From: a virus
DNA: 64,000 nt
IMG/VR virus record: IMGVR_UViG_3300048694_001005
Span: 64,001-128,000 of that record
Reading direction: 5' to 3' (one strand)
Made by a program: the position numbers and the translations under genes. Shown one piece after another: positions 1 to 8,906 of this stretch. Below the pieces are notes generated by a model. It worked only from the letters and a program-made list of their open reading frames with translations, was not told the DNA's origin and did not search any database. Position 1 is the stretch's first letter. Every line of letters begins with the position of its first letter.

Positions 1-61
1 TGTTAGATTTTAAGCCAAGATGCAGATCTGTAAAAACAATAGCACGTTTAAATAAATTCAT
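1..61 (-). CDS. gp47: 5' end (truncated) of gp47/Mre11-SbcD-like recombination nuclease
   Basis: Manual translation of minus strand from CAT at 59-61 gives MNLFKRAIVFTDLHLGLKSN; TDLHLG matches the first D-x-H metallophosphoesterase motif; lies next to gp55-like gene as in T4. Not in ORF track (runs off window). Confidence 0.75.
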   Translation of the reverse strand, partial: MNLFKRAIVFTDLHLGLKSN

Positions 62-69
62 ACCTACGT

Positions 70-99
70 ATTATATAGATCTCAGTAGTACAAGATCAA
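70..99 (-). promoter_or_regulatory. Putative sigma70 promoter for gp47-like gene
   Basis: Minus strand TTGATC (99-94), 18-nt spacer, TATAAT (75-70), then AGGT directly before the ATG. Confidence 0.45.
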
Positions 100-104
100 G
101 TTTT

Positions 105-956
105 TCAGTCATCTATATTGCCAGACCCGCCGTGCCAATTCATTTGCCTTGTATAGCTTGGTGCAAAGTTATTCATCTCCAAAATATCGTCACGCAAGTT
201 TTGATTGCGTTTTTCTACATTTAATACACGAGTAAATGAGTTAGTGATAACTGCGGTATAGTAAGCGAATGGATTGTTACTTTTGCTTTCATCAAACTGT
301 AAACCTATTTGGCTTAACTGCAATAATGCTTGGCTGCGCATTTCGTCATTGTACGTATATCCTCGCCAATTGCTACGAGTGCCGTAACGCTCACACAACT
401 TCATGAACATCAGAGCTAGCTTATTGGTCATTTTACCATGATCTTTGCAAAATTGTCCACGACTCAGCGTACCGGTCCAGTGACTTTTTGCCACACATTT
501 GGGAATACCGTTTTTATCTATTCTATAGTGTTGGAAGGGAGGGAAGTTTACTTTAATATATTGAGTAACGGGTTCAACGTCGCCATCGTATTCTGTGTGA
601 TCGTCGGGTTCTTCTGCATCCATAGCAGCCATTTTTACTTTATCTACAGGTATATGTTCCCAGGTCATTATTCTAAACACCAGTTCGGTATCAGTAATAT
701 CTTTGGGTTTTATTTTGTTTTTGTCTAGTTTCGCTGTGGGGTCGATTTTTACTGCTTGTTCGTGTGCTAGTTTACAAAGTCGTTCTGCTCTAGCTTTTTT
801 GGCTTTTTTAATGTTTTTGGGTACGATTTGGTCAACATTTTTAAGTATCATGTCATAATCAACATCTCGTTCCGTCTTATAACTACAGTATGATGTCTTA
901 CTTTTGTGTATTTCTGCTAATAAATCTCTGTTGTTGAGGTAATTTACGCGGGCCAT
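105..956 (-). CDS. gp55: Late-transcription sigma factor, T4 gp55-like, with long insertion
   Basis: N-term NYLNNRDLL resembles T4 NYVNNKELL; C-term NWRGYTYNDEM...FDESKSNNPFAYYT...NSF resembles gp55 NFSGYT..QEM..FDETKYKNPHAYIT..NAF; SD GGAGA upstream; TAAATA late promoters throughout the window. Confidence 0.85.
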   Translation of the reverse strand: MARVNYLNNRDLLAEIHKSKTSYCSYKTERDVDYDMILKNVDQIVPKNIKKAKKARAERLCKLAHEQAVKIDPTAKLDKNKIKPKDITDTELVFRIMTWEHIPVDKVKMAAMDAEEPDDHTEYDGDVEPVTQYIKVNFPPFQHYRIDKNGIPKCVAKSHWTGTLSRGQFCKDHGKMTNKLALMFMKLCERYGTRSNWRGYTYNDEMRSQALLQLSQIGLQFDESKSNNPFAYYTAVITNSFTRVLNVEKRNQNLRDDILEMNNFAPSYTRQMNWHGGSGNIDD

Positions 957-1005
957 TCAATAGGTTCTCCTTATATGTACTTAATACTAGCACATTTTAG
1001 CAAAA

Positions 1006-1012
1006 ATAAATA
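1006..1012 (+). promoter_or_regulatory. T4-like late promoter ATAAATA for baseplate operon
   Basis: ATAAATA 26 nt upstream of ATG 1039; same motif precedes many structural genes. Confidence 0.7.
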
Positions 1013-1038
1013 TATAAAACAAGGGTTTACTACAATTT

Positions 1039-1950
1039 ATGCCAGAAAACTTTACAATTACAAACGATGACGACGGCAATCCGTTGCCAACAACACAACC
1101 AGCAACGGATCAACCTGGCGCGTTTAGTACCAGTGGAATTTCAAATACGCTGAAAAACTTCGCTAGTGGTGCACGTAATTTAATGGGCGATCAAAATGGT
1201 CTACTGGGTAGTTTGGGTAGACTGGCTGGTATAGGTATATTGTCGGGTGGCAAATCGCCAAATAAAAAACAAAACGTAAACATAGCAGATGTCGCCACAC
1301 CAATCTTAGACCAGGGGTTATCCTATGATAAAGACTGGCGTGTTCGTTTATTATTGCCAGATGGGCTAGCGGGAGAATTGTATCAACTGGATCTATTAAA
1401 ACCCCTGGGCGGTGGACAGGATGATGGCAGTCAAGTTTTCCGCGGTGTAATTTTTCCATATACTCCTAACATCACAGTTACCTATGCTGCGGATTGGCAA
1501 GCTCAGAAGCTAACACACAGCAACTATGCGGCACAATTCTATAACAGTAGCGAAGTACAGGACATACAAATACAGGGAACATTTACTGCCCAAAATCAAG
1601 CCGAAGCAGAATATCTGCTGGCAGTTATGACCTTTAGCAAGTTAATAACAAAAATGTTTTTTGGTGAAAGCAGCAATGTAGGAAATCCGCCACCTATTAT
1701 GCATCTATATGGACATGGTGAATATCAATGGAATCGTGTGCCAGTTATAGTAAAGAACGTTCAGTACTCTTTATCGCCCGATGTAGATTATATGCCAGTA
1801 TTACGAGACGGCAAGCCCATAGCCAGAGTACCTACAATAGTAGAAAGCTTTTCTTGGACCGTCGCACCGGTATACAGTAGAAAACAAATGAGCACTTGGA
1901 GTTACGAAAAGTTTGCAAGCGGCGAATTGATTAAAGGGGGATTCATCTAA
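1039..1950 (+). CDS. Baseplate tail-tube initiator / tube-like protein (gp48/gp54-like)
   Basis: FPYTP..THSNY..GNPPP..LYGHG..VPVIV tube-fold-like core; directly upstream of LysM-like and hub genes, the usual contractile-tail order. Confidence 0.6.
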   Translation: MPENFTITNDDDGNPLPTTQPATDQPGAFSTSGISNTLKNFASGARNLMGDQNGLLGSLGRLAGIGILSGGKSPNKKQNVNIADVATPILDQGLSYDKDWRVRLLLPDGLAGELYQLDLLKPLGGGQDDGSQVFRGVIFPYTPNITVTYAADWQAQKLTHSNYAAQFYNSSEVQDIQIQGTFTAQNQAEAEYLLAVMTFSKLITKMFFGESSNVGNPPPIMHLYGHGEYQWNRVPVIVKNVQYSLSPDVDYMPVLRDGKPIARVPTIVESFSWTVAPVYSRKQMSTWSYEKFASGELIKGGFI

Positions 1951-2249
1951 TGGCCACATATTCAAAAGCAAGTCCCTATTATTCTACTGGTACATATGGT
2001 GGATACTTAGACGTATTAAATTACAGATCCTTTCCAGCACAGCCTGATGATCAAATTATCACTTTAACTGAATCATATAGGAATAGACCAGATTTGTTGG
2101 CATTTGACCTGTATCAGGATTCACGTTTGTGGTGGGTATTTGCAGTAAGAAATCCCAACAATATAAAAAATCCTGTGTTTGATTTTGTACCTGGACGTAA
2201 AATTTATGTGCCCAAGAAAGAAACTTTAACTACAGCACTGGGATTGTAA
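1950..2249 (+). CDS. LysM/gpX/gp53-like baseplate protein
   Basis: RPDLLAFDLYQDSRLWWVFAVRNP..F..G..IYVP is the gp53/LysM-type signature; overlapping TAATG junction. Confidence 0.75.
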   Translation: MATYSKASPYYSTGTYGGYLDVLNYRSFPAQPDDQIITLTESYRNRPDLLAFDLYQDSRLWWVFAVRNPNNIKNPVFDFVPGRKIYVPKKETLTTALGL

Positions 2250-2250
2250 T

Positions 2251-5200
2251 ATGACCGTGGATAGAACCAAAGCGGAGCAAAGTGCCAAGTACAATACTGC
2301 TCAAGCGGCGCTTAATGAACAACAGAGTATATTAAATGGAGATCAAAAATTCCTCCAACAAGCAGAAAAGAGATTAAACACAGCAATTTCTCAAGGTGTT
2401 GATCCATTAACCAACCAGCCGTTAACACCGGAATTACAGCTCAAGCTTCAACAAAATGTCGACACACGCAAAGCCACGGTACAGGAATCACAAGCATCTG
2501 TGGCAGCGGCCCAGCAAGATTTTAATCAAGCCAAAGCTAACTACACACCTCCACCAGCAGAGACTGCCACAGAGACACCTAAACAAAGTGTAGCAGACGC
2601 TCCGCAGCCTGCTGCGTCTGGGTCACTAAACGAAGAAGAAAAAAACAATTTAAACTCAGCTAATAAGCAACCCCAAGATGAAGTTCCAGCACGGATAACC
2701 ACTTTTGATGCTAATGGCAATGAGATAACGCCGGAAGAGGAACAGGCCAATCAAGCTGACACTGATAAATCCAATGACGAAGTAAAACAGTTATCCGAAC
2801 CTGTCAGTGACAATATAACAGCTAGTTCTGCAGGCACCAAAGAAAAATCAGATACGGTAACTATTAATCCTATACCAAACTTGTTACACGGCTACTCTAC
2901 CTACACATACAATATTAGCTTGCATATTTTACCCATAGATGCGTATGATGAAATGCAAAAGACTGGCAAATATGTTGTAGATAGAAACAGAGTTTTAATT
3001 GCATCTGCAGGCAGGCATAATGATCAAACCTTTGCAAGAAATCCTTACTGGACTGAAGATTTCTATTTTGACAATCTGCATTTTTCTACGGTTATGGGTT
3101 TTAATTCCAGAACCAAAGGTAGTAATGCAATTACATTAGATTTTACAATAATTGAACCTTATGGTATAAGTTTACTAGATCGATTAATTAAAACTTGTGA
3201 CGATTATGTGGACATAAGTGGTGAAAAAAAGCCTATAGAAAATTATATAGCAGTGCCATACATGTTGCAAATTGACTTTTTTGGATACAATCAAGACTCA
3301 CATGAACCAAAGTTGATAGAAAAAGCAACAAAAAACATAGCTATTAGATTATTGTCTATGGACATGAGCTTCGATGCAAAGGGCACATTGTATAAATTTT
3401 CAGCAGTACCTTATAATCATTCTGCATTTAATGAATTGAATCTAAATTTACCGTCGCTAACAAATATAAAATCAAAGGGCACAGTTGAATCCTTTTTTAC
3501 TTCGGACCAAGAAGACATTGAAACAGAGAAATTACTAAAACAAATAACAAGTACAGAGAAAGGTGGAATTCAAGATAATGTACGCGAGCAGTTTAAGAAA
3601 AGATATAAAGATGATTATAAAACAGCTCAAGAAACACAACAGAAAAAATTAGAGGAATGGAAAAAGAAAAATCCTAAACTATCGGCTGAAATTGACAAGC
3701 CCACAGGCACTATTGTGATTGAAGAACTTAAAAAGAGTAACTACCCGCGCCCGGTGCCAGCAATAGATGATGCTACCTTGGAAAAGAACGCGGAAGAAAA
3801 GTGGAAGGAACAATCAAGTAATTCAGCCATTTATGCTACAGAAGTAAATGCGGGCGGTCTGGGTGTTGCCTTAAACACATACCAAAAATTCATTGCGAAA
3901 GAATATAACCTGTTAGACGGCAACGGTGCACCAATATTATATAAATTTAGCTTTGATCCAGAGATAGGCCAAAGTACAATTAATACTAAACTTCTAACTG
4001 ATCACAGCAGAAAATCACCCAAAGCAGATGCGCCGGTTAAAGCTACGGCCGAAACGGCCACCCCAACATATCCACCTGCACCTGCTACAGGACAAATTGT
4101 AGGTTTTCAATCCAATGCCGGCGGAGCAGCCACGGGAGTGATACGCGCACCTAGACGTGCAGCTTCTGCGGGAGGATCTAATACGCCGCCCGCAGGGGGC
4201 TCTTACGTAGCAGTGGCTAGAGAAATGCTACAGAAGGAAGAAGGATTACCTAAAGGCGGCAAAGCGTATTGGGATCCTGCCGGCCAAAATGTCCTAGTAT
4301 CCATAGGCTATGGTCATCAAATTCAAAAAAATGAATATGATCAGGGATTTATTCAAGCAGGTGCTGAGCAGATTAAAATTGTTGGTAATAGAGGCATAGA
4401 CACTGTATTAACAAAGAATCAAGCGGGTGCTTTGCTAGAGTTGGATCTTCCTAGATATTCATCAAGAGCCGCGGGGCCTTTGGGAAGTGCTGCGTGGGCC
4501 AAGCTGAATGATAACCAAAAAGCAGCATTAATTAGTTATGCCTACAACACTGGTAGTACCGAAAGCTTGGTAAATAATGGAATCGTTGATGCCATTAACA
4601 AGGGAGACTTCACAAGTGCTGGACAAATTATTGCACAAAAAGGTATAAGAACTGCTAATGGAAAAATATTGCCAGCACTGGTTCGTAGAAGAGAACACGA
4701 AGGATCATTATTTTCTTCGGGTGTCACCAATACGAACTCGGAACCGCAAACCCAAACACCAACCCCCGATTCATTTAATACTGCCGCATCTAGTATAGAC
4801 ACCTCTGTAGACTCTGATCAATTTATTTCGTTTCAGCAAGGCACTAGTGTAATAGAAGTTATTAACACTATAATGAAAGCATCGTCTTATATACAAGATC
4901 AGTTGCAATTAAAACTTGACGAAGCAGGAGCCGGCGATGATGCTGAAAAGAAAGCAAAAGTTGAAAGAGAGTTTGAACCCTACAACCACTTTAAAATTAT
5001 TCCAAAAGTGGAGCTGGGTAAGTTTGATCCTGTGCGTAATGACTACACTAAAATAATTACGTTCTTTATCAAAACCTACAAGGTCAAAGGATTGCGTTTT
5101 CCGGATATTAAAAAAGGAACACGCCCTAGGGATATAGATTGTGTTAAACAATACAATTATTATTTCACTGGAAAAAATACTGATATTTTAGACTTAAAGG

Positions 5201-6327
5201 TTAGTTTTGATGCCCTATTTTATACTGCGATGTCGGCTAGGTCACAGCGGTTCCAACAGGCAACAATAGATCAAGCCAAAACAGATCCCCCCAAAGTGGG
5301 CGGAGACTCTGCACCAAATGCAACCATTATCGCTAAACATTCAAAAACTTTACCGGCGTCTTTGCAGTTCGTTCCTAATATTATGGGTAACAATAAGCTT
5401 ACACAGGAAAGTGTTGAAGCTATCAGAGCAAACGATCTATTTGGAAATTTGTATGGTAAGTCGCAGGCTGATATGTTGACTTTAGATTTTGATATTGTTG
5501 GTGACCCCTGTTATATACAGACAGAAGAATTTACGTTAAATCCCGACAGAAAAGATGATTATCTAGACAAAACAGATGTGCGAGTATTTGACAATGGTAG
5601 TTTGGTAATTAATGATGGCGATCTATTCGTTAAAGTGGAATTTAGACTACCCTTAGATATTGATACCACAACAGGACTATACAAATTTGAAGATGGGGAT
5701 CTACGGAAAAGTAGTAAAGATAGTAGCTTCTTTACTGGTATATACAAAATTCTGACAATTGATCACACGTTTCAAGGTGGACAATTCAAACAAAAGTTAC
5801 AAACGGTACGGGTCTACAACGATCCACAAACCTTAGAAAAAGATAATCAAGGTGCTCCTGATCCTAACAGGGACGGGACTACAGGTGAACTTATGGGTCC
5901 ACCTGCACCGGTAAGCTCAATTAGTCAAACTAATAGTAATACAGAGGCAGCAAGTGATGCCCAACTACCTAGCCCAGATCTGCTTCCAACACCTAATCCG
6001 TTACCACAAGTACCACCACTGCCCAGTGTATCACAAGTTAGCACAGCTAGCGGTACTGCAACAACTACAATATCTGGAGACGGAACAGTAACTACGGTAA
6101 CATCCACAGTTACGGAAACGGTTACGGGCGGCGGCTCAACTACAACTACCGCAGTCTATGATGACAAGGGCAATGTAGTTGGCGTTAACAAAGTTTATGA
6201 AGCTGCACAACAAGCAGATAGAAATGCTGTGATTGCCAAGGCGCAAACACTGAACATACAGGAATTAGAAAATTTGAAGAAATCACGAGTGGGTAATGAG
6301 AGCCCAATCCAGGAAGGTGATTGGTAA
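2251..6327 (+). CDS. Baseplate hub protein (gp27-like) with inserted GH24 lysozyme domain
   Basis: PNLLHGYSTYTYNISL, FTIIEPYG, GDPCYI and G(I)YKILTIDHTFQGGQFKQKL hub motifs; internal EEG..AYWD..SIGYGH..NQKAALISYAYNTG..LVRRREHE lysozyme at about 4213-4716; Q/A-rich N-terminus and P/T-rich C-terminus. Confidence 0.75.
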   Translation: MTVDRTKAEQSAKYNTAQAALNEQQSILNGDQKFLQQAEKRLNTAISQGVDPLTNQPLTPELQLKLQQNVDTRKATVQESQASVAAAQQDFNQAKANYTPPPAETATETPKQSVADAPQPAASGSLNEEEKNNLNSANKQPQDEVPARITTFDANGNEITPEEEQANQADTDKSNDEVKQLSEPVSDNITASSAGTKEKSDTVTINPIPNLLHGYSTYTYNISLHILPIDAYDEMQKTGKYVVDRNRVLIASAGRHNDQTFARNPYWTEDFYFDNLHFSTVMGFNSRTKGSNAITLDFTIIEPYGISLLDRLIKTCDDYVDISGEKKPIENYIAVPYMLQIDFFGYNQDSHEPKLIEKATKNIAIRLLSMDMSFDAKGTLYKFSAVPYNHSAFNELNLNLPSLTNIKSKGTVESFFTSDQEDIETEKLLKQITSTEKGGIQDNVREQFKKRYKDDYKTAQETQQKKLEEWKKKNPKLSAEIDKPTGTIVIEELKKSNYPRPVPAIDDATLEKNAEEKWKEQSSNSAIYATEVNAGGLGVALNTYQKFIAKEYNLLDGNGAPILYKFSFDPEIGQSTINTKLLTDHSRKSPKADAPVKATAETATPTYPPAPATGQIVGFQSNAGGAATGVIRAPRRAASAGGSNTPPAGGSYVAVAREMLQKEEGLPKGGKAYWDPAGQNVLVSIGYGHQIQKNEYDQGFIQAGAEQIKIVGNRGIDTVLTKNQAGALLELDLPRYSSRAAGPLGSAAWAKLNDNQKAALISYAYNTGSTESLVNNGIVDAINKGDFTSAGQIIAQKGIRTANGKILPALVRRREHEGSLFSSGVTNTNSEPQTQTPTPDSFNTAASSIDTSVDSDQFISFQQGTSVIEVINTIMKASSYIQDQLQLKLDEAGAGDDAEKKAKVEREFEPYNHFKIIPKVELGKFDPVRNDYTKIITFFIKTYKVKGLRFPDIKKGTRPRDIDCVKQYNYYFTGKNTDILDLKVSFDALFYTAMSARSQRFQQATIDQAKTDPPKVGGDSAPNATIIAKHSKTLPASLQFVPNIMGNNKLTQESVEAIRANDLFGNLYGKSQADMLTLDFDIVGDPCYIQTEEFTLNPDRKDDYLDKTDVRVFDNGSLVINDGDLFVKVEFRLPLDIDTTTGLYKFEDGDLRKSSKDSSFFTGIYKILTIDHTFQGGQFKQKLQTVRVYNDPQTLEKDNQGAPDPNRDGTTGELMGPPAPVSSISQTNSNTEAASDAQLPSPDLLPTPNPLPQVPPLPSVSQVSTASGTATTTISGDGTVTTVTSTVTETVTGGGSTTTTAVYDDKGNVVGVNKVYEAAQQADRNAVIAKAQTLNIQELENLKKSRVGNESPIQEGDW

Positions 6328-6330
6328 ACA

Positions 6331-8487
6331 ATGAGAGATAATGCAAAATTTAGTAGACCAGCTAGTTACAGTCAATCAGCAGCCGCGGCCAGTCAAAATT
6401 TAAGTCCAGGTCCCTATGTTGGCATTGTAAAACAAAATGCAGATCAACAGCGTATGGGAAGATTATGGGTGTGGTTGCCACTATTAAGCCCAGACGAAGA
6501 AGATCAAACTAAATGGGTATGCTGTTCATATGCTAGTCCATTTGCAGGCTTTACTAGACCACCTAATAATGATGGTACTGACAATTTTACAAATACAAAA
6601 CATGCCTACGGTATGTGGTTTATACCGCCAGACATTGGCGTAAAAGTGCTGGTAGTGTTTGCGGATGGTCAGTCAGACAAAGCATTTTGGATCAGCTGTA
6701 TTTTTGAAGGTCACAGTCATTACATGGTGCCGGGTCTGGGCGCAAGTATAAACAGCGACTTTAAAACAGGTCCCAGTACAACTATACCACAGGATCAGCG
6801 TCCTGATCGTGTGCCAGTGGTAGAATACAATGACAATAATCCCACATTAGACGGCAATCCAGCGTGGTTTAAAAACCCTAAACCCATGCATCAAACACAG
6901 GAACGGATTCTACAGGAACAGGGTCTAGACTTTGATTATTTGCGTGGTGCAATTTTGACGTCAAGTCAACGCGAAAGTCCTAGCCAAGTATTTGGTATTA
7001 GCACACCAGGTAGATTAATTGACGATGGCAAAACAGAAGGTTATAAAGTAAGACGCGGTGGTCATACTTTCGTAATGGATGATGGTGACAGTGTAGGTGA
7101 CAATAACTTTACAAGATTACGTACAGCGGGCGGGCATCAAATTTTAATGCACGACACTGGTGATTTTATGTACATCAGCAACAGCAAAGGCACAGCGTGG
7201 GTTGAAATAAATTCTGTTGGTGATATAGAAATATTCAGCAACGGTAATTTTAGCTTACGTGCAGCCACTAATATTAACCTTCATGCTGACGGTGACATCA
7301 ATATGTATGCAGGCAACAAGCTCAAAGTTGTGGCTGAAAGTGGCATGGACTTGCAAAGTAATTATATTAATTTGAACTCGGTAGAAGATACCACTATCCA
7401 TGCCTGTAAAGTTTTAAACCTTAAAAGTGGTGCGGCCAGCAACTTTGACGCTACCGGCAATTTTAGCATCAAGTCAGATGGTACATTATTCCTTAATGGT
7501 GGACCTACTATTAAGCTAAACTCTGGCGGTGCAAAAACAGTGACGCCACTTAATGACATCAAACGCAGTGGCTTTCCTAATGCTTTACGTAATTTAGACA
7601 GCTACAAGAGTGTAGCCAAACGTATAAACAGTATATCAACTAGAGTTCCTACACACGAACCTGACGTAGGTCATGCGGCTAAGGCAGATCAAGTGCGTAA
7701 TGCCGCTGCTATAAACATGGCTGATGACGCTATAGCTAATTTACCACCACAAGCTGGGCGTGTGCCTGCGCCCCCAGTCAGTGTTTTAACTGACAGCCAT
7801 GGTAATGCAATTTTAAGTGGAACTGGTGTGCCGGTAGCTACACCTAACGTCAGTGACAAGACGGATGCAGCGCCAAATATTACTGCACCCGTACCTAACA
7901 CACTAGCAAATTTGCCTAATGCTATTGATAAACAGCCAGATCCCAGTAGAGCAGTGGGAACGCTGACCAAAGACGAAACCAAAGCATTTATGACAACTAT
8001 TGGACAAGCAGAAAGCGGCGGCAACTATAACCTAATAGGCGGCATGGGAAATATAGGCAAATACCAAATGAGTGCATCTACTTTGGTAGATCAAAACTTT
8101 ATCAGTAAGGACCTGTTTCAAAAGTATGGCGGCAGTAATGCAGTAATGGATAATCCAGCAGCATGGACCGGCGTTGAAGCAGCAGCAACAGGCATAACCA
8201 GTAAAGCAGCGTTTTTAAATGCACCAGGTGTCCAGGAAAGTGTGATGCAGTCAGTGACGGAAACAAATTATACGGCACTTGTGAGTAATGGCGCTATACG
8301 TGCAACCGATAGCAGTGAAATTGCGGCGGGATCGTTAGCAGTGGCACATAAATTTGGCGCAGCCGGAGCATTTGCTACTCGTTACAGTGGTGGCACAACT
8401 GACGCTGCGGGTAATACCGGAAACACGTATTTTGCAATAGGTAAATACTCTATTAACAGCCTAACCAAGAATGGAAGCTTAGTATAA
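6331..8487 (+). CDS. gp5: gp5/VgrG-like central spike with C-terminal lysozyme-fold (transglycosylase-like) domain
   Basis: GPYVGIVK..D..RMGRLWVW, YASPF, YGMWFIPPDIGVKVLVVF OB-fold; GGHTFVMDDG/TAGGHQILMHD; beta-helix repeats; C-terminal IGQAESGGNY..GKYQM. Confidence 0.75.
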   Translation: MRDNAKFSRPASYSQSAAAASQNLSPGPYVGIVKQNADQQRMGRLWVWLPLLSPDEEDQTKWVCCSYASPFAGFTRPPNNDGTDNFTNTKHAYGMWFIPPDIGVKVLVVFADGQSDKAFWISCIFEGHSHYMVPGLGASINSDFKTGPSTTIPQDQRPDRVPVVEYNDNNPTLDGNPAWFKNPKPMHQTQERILQEQGLDFDYLRGAILTSSQRESPSQVFGISTPGRLIDDGKTEGYKVRRGGHTFVMDDGDSVGDNNFTRLRTAGGHQILMHDTGDFMYISNSKGTAWVEINSVGDIEIFSNGNFSLRAATNINLHADGDINMYAGNKLKVVAESGMDLQSNYINLNSVEDTTIHACKVLNLKSGAASNFDATGNFSIKSDGTLFLNGGPTIKLNSGGAKTVTPLNDIKRSGFPNALRNLDSYKSVAKRINSISTRVPTHEPDVGHAAKADQVRNAAAINMADDAIANLPPQAGRVPAPPVSVLTDSHGNAILSGTGVPVATPNVSDKTDAAPNITAPVPNTLANLPNAIDKQPDPSRAVGTLTKDETKAFMTTIGQAESGGNYNLIGGMGNIGKYQMSASTLVDQNFISKDLFQKYGGSNAVMDNPAAWTGVEAAATGITSKAAFLNAPGVQESVMQSVTETNYTALVSNGAIRATDSSEIAAGSLAVAHKFGAAGAFATRYSGGTTDAAGNTGNTYFAIGKYSINSLTKNGSLV

Positions 8488-8861
8488 TGGCAACATACAA
8501 AGGATTTGACACACAGAGCAACAGTCGCAGATTTAGACTAACTGACTTTGAGCTAATCAAACGTGATTTATTGAATCATTTTAATGTGCGTCGTGGCGAA
8601 AAACTTATGCGTCCAGGGTTTGGATGTAGTATTTGGACCTATTTGTTTGAACCCATGACGGAAACAACACGCCAACAAGTAATTGACGAAGTAAAAGCAG
8701 TGATTGACTATGATCCGAGAGTTAATGCTGACAAAATTACTATTACTAGCTATGAACAGGGTATACAAATTGAGTTAGAACTTAGTTTGGTGGGTACAAA
8801 TCAAACCTCCAACATGGTTTTACGCTTTGATCAGAATCAAAGCGCGGTATTAAGCTATTAA
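8487..8861 (+). CDS. gp25: Baseplate wedge subunit gp25-like
   Basis: LLNHFNVRRGEKLMRPGFGCSIWTYLFEP..YDPRV gp25/GPW signature. Confidence 0.9.
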   Translation: MATYKGFDTQSNSRRFRLTDFELIKRDLLNHFNVRRGEKLMRPGFGCSIWTYLFEPMTETTRQQVIDEVKAVIDYDPRVNADKITITSYEQGIQIELELSLVGTNQTSNMVLRFDQNQSAVLSY

Positions 8862-8881
8862 ACTACCGGTTAACAACACTA

Positions 8882-8888
8882 ATAAATA
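8882..8888 (+). promoter_or_regulatory. Late promoter ATAAATA
   Basis: Intergenic, upstream of ATG 8907. Confidence 0.6.
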
Positions 8889-8906
8889 TCAGAATAGACA
8901 ATAATT

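Noticed and set aside
8487-8861. gp25 as a lysozyme
   Set aside because: Historic annotation of the family; no catalytic motif present, structural role accepted.
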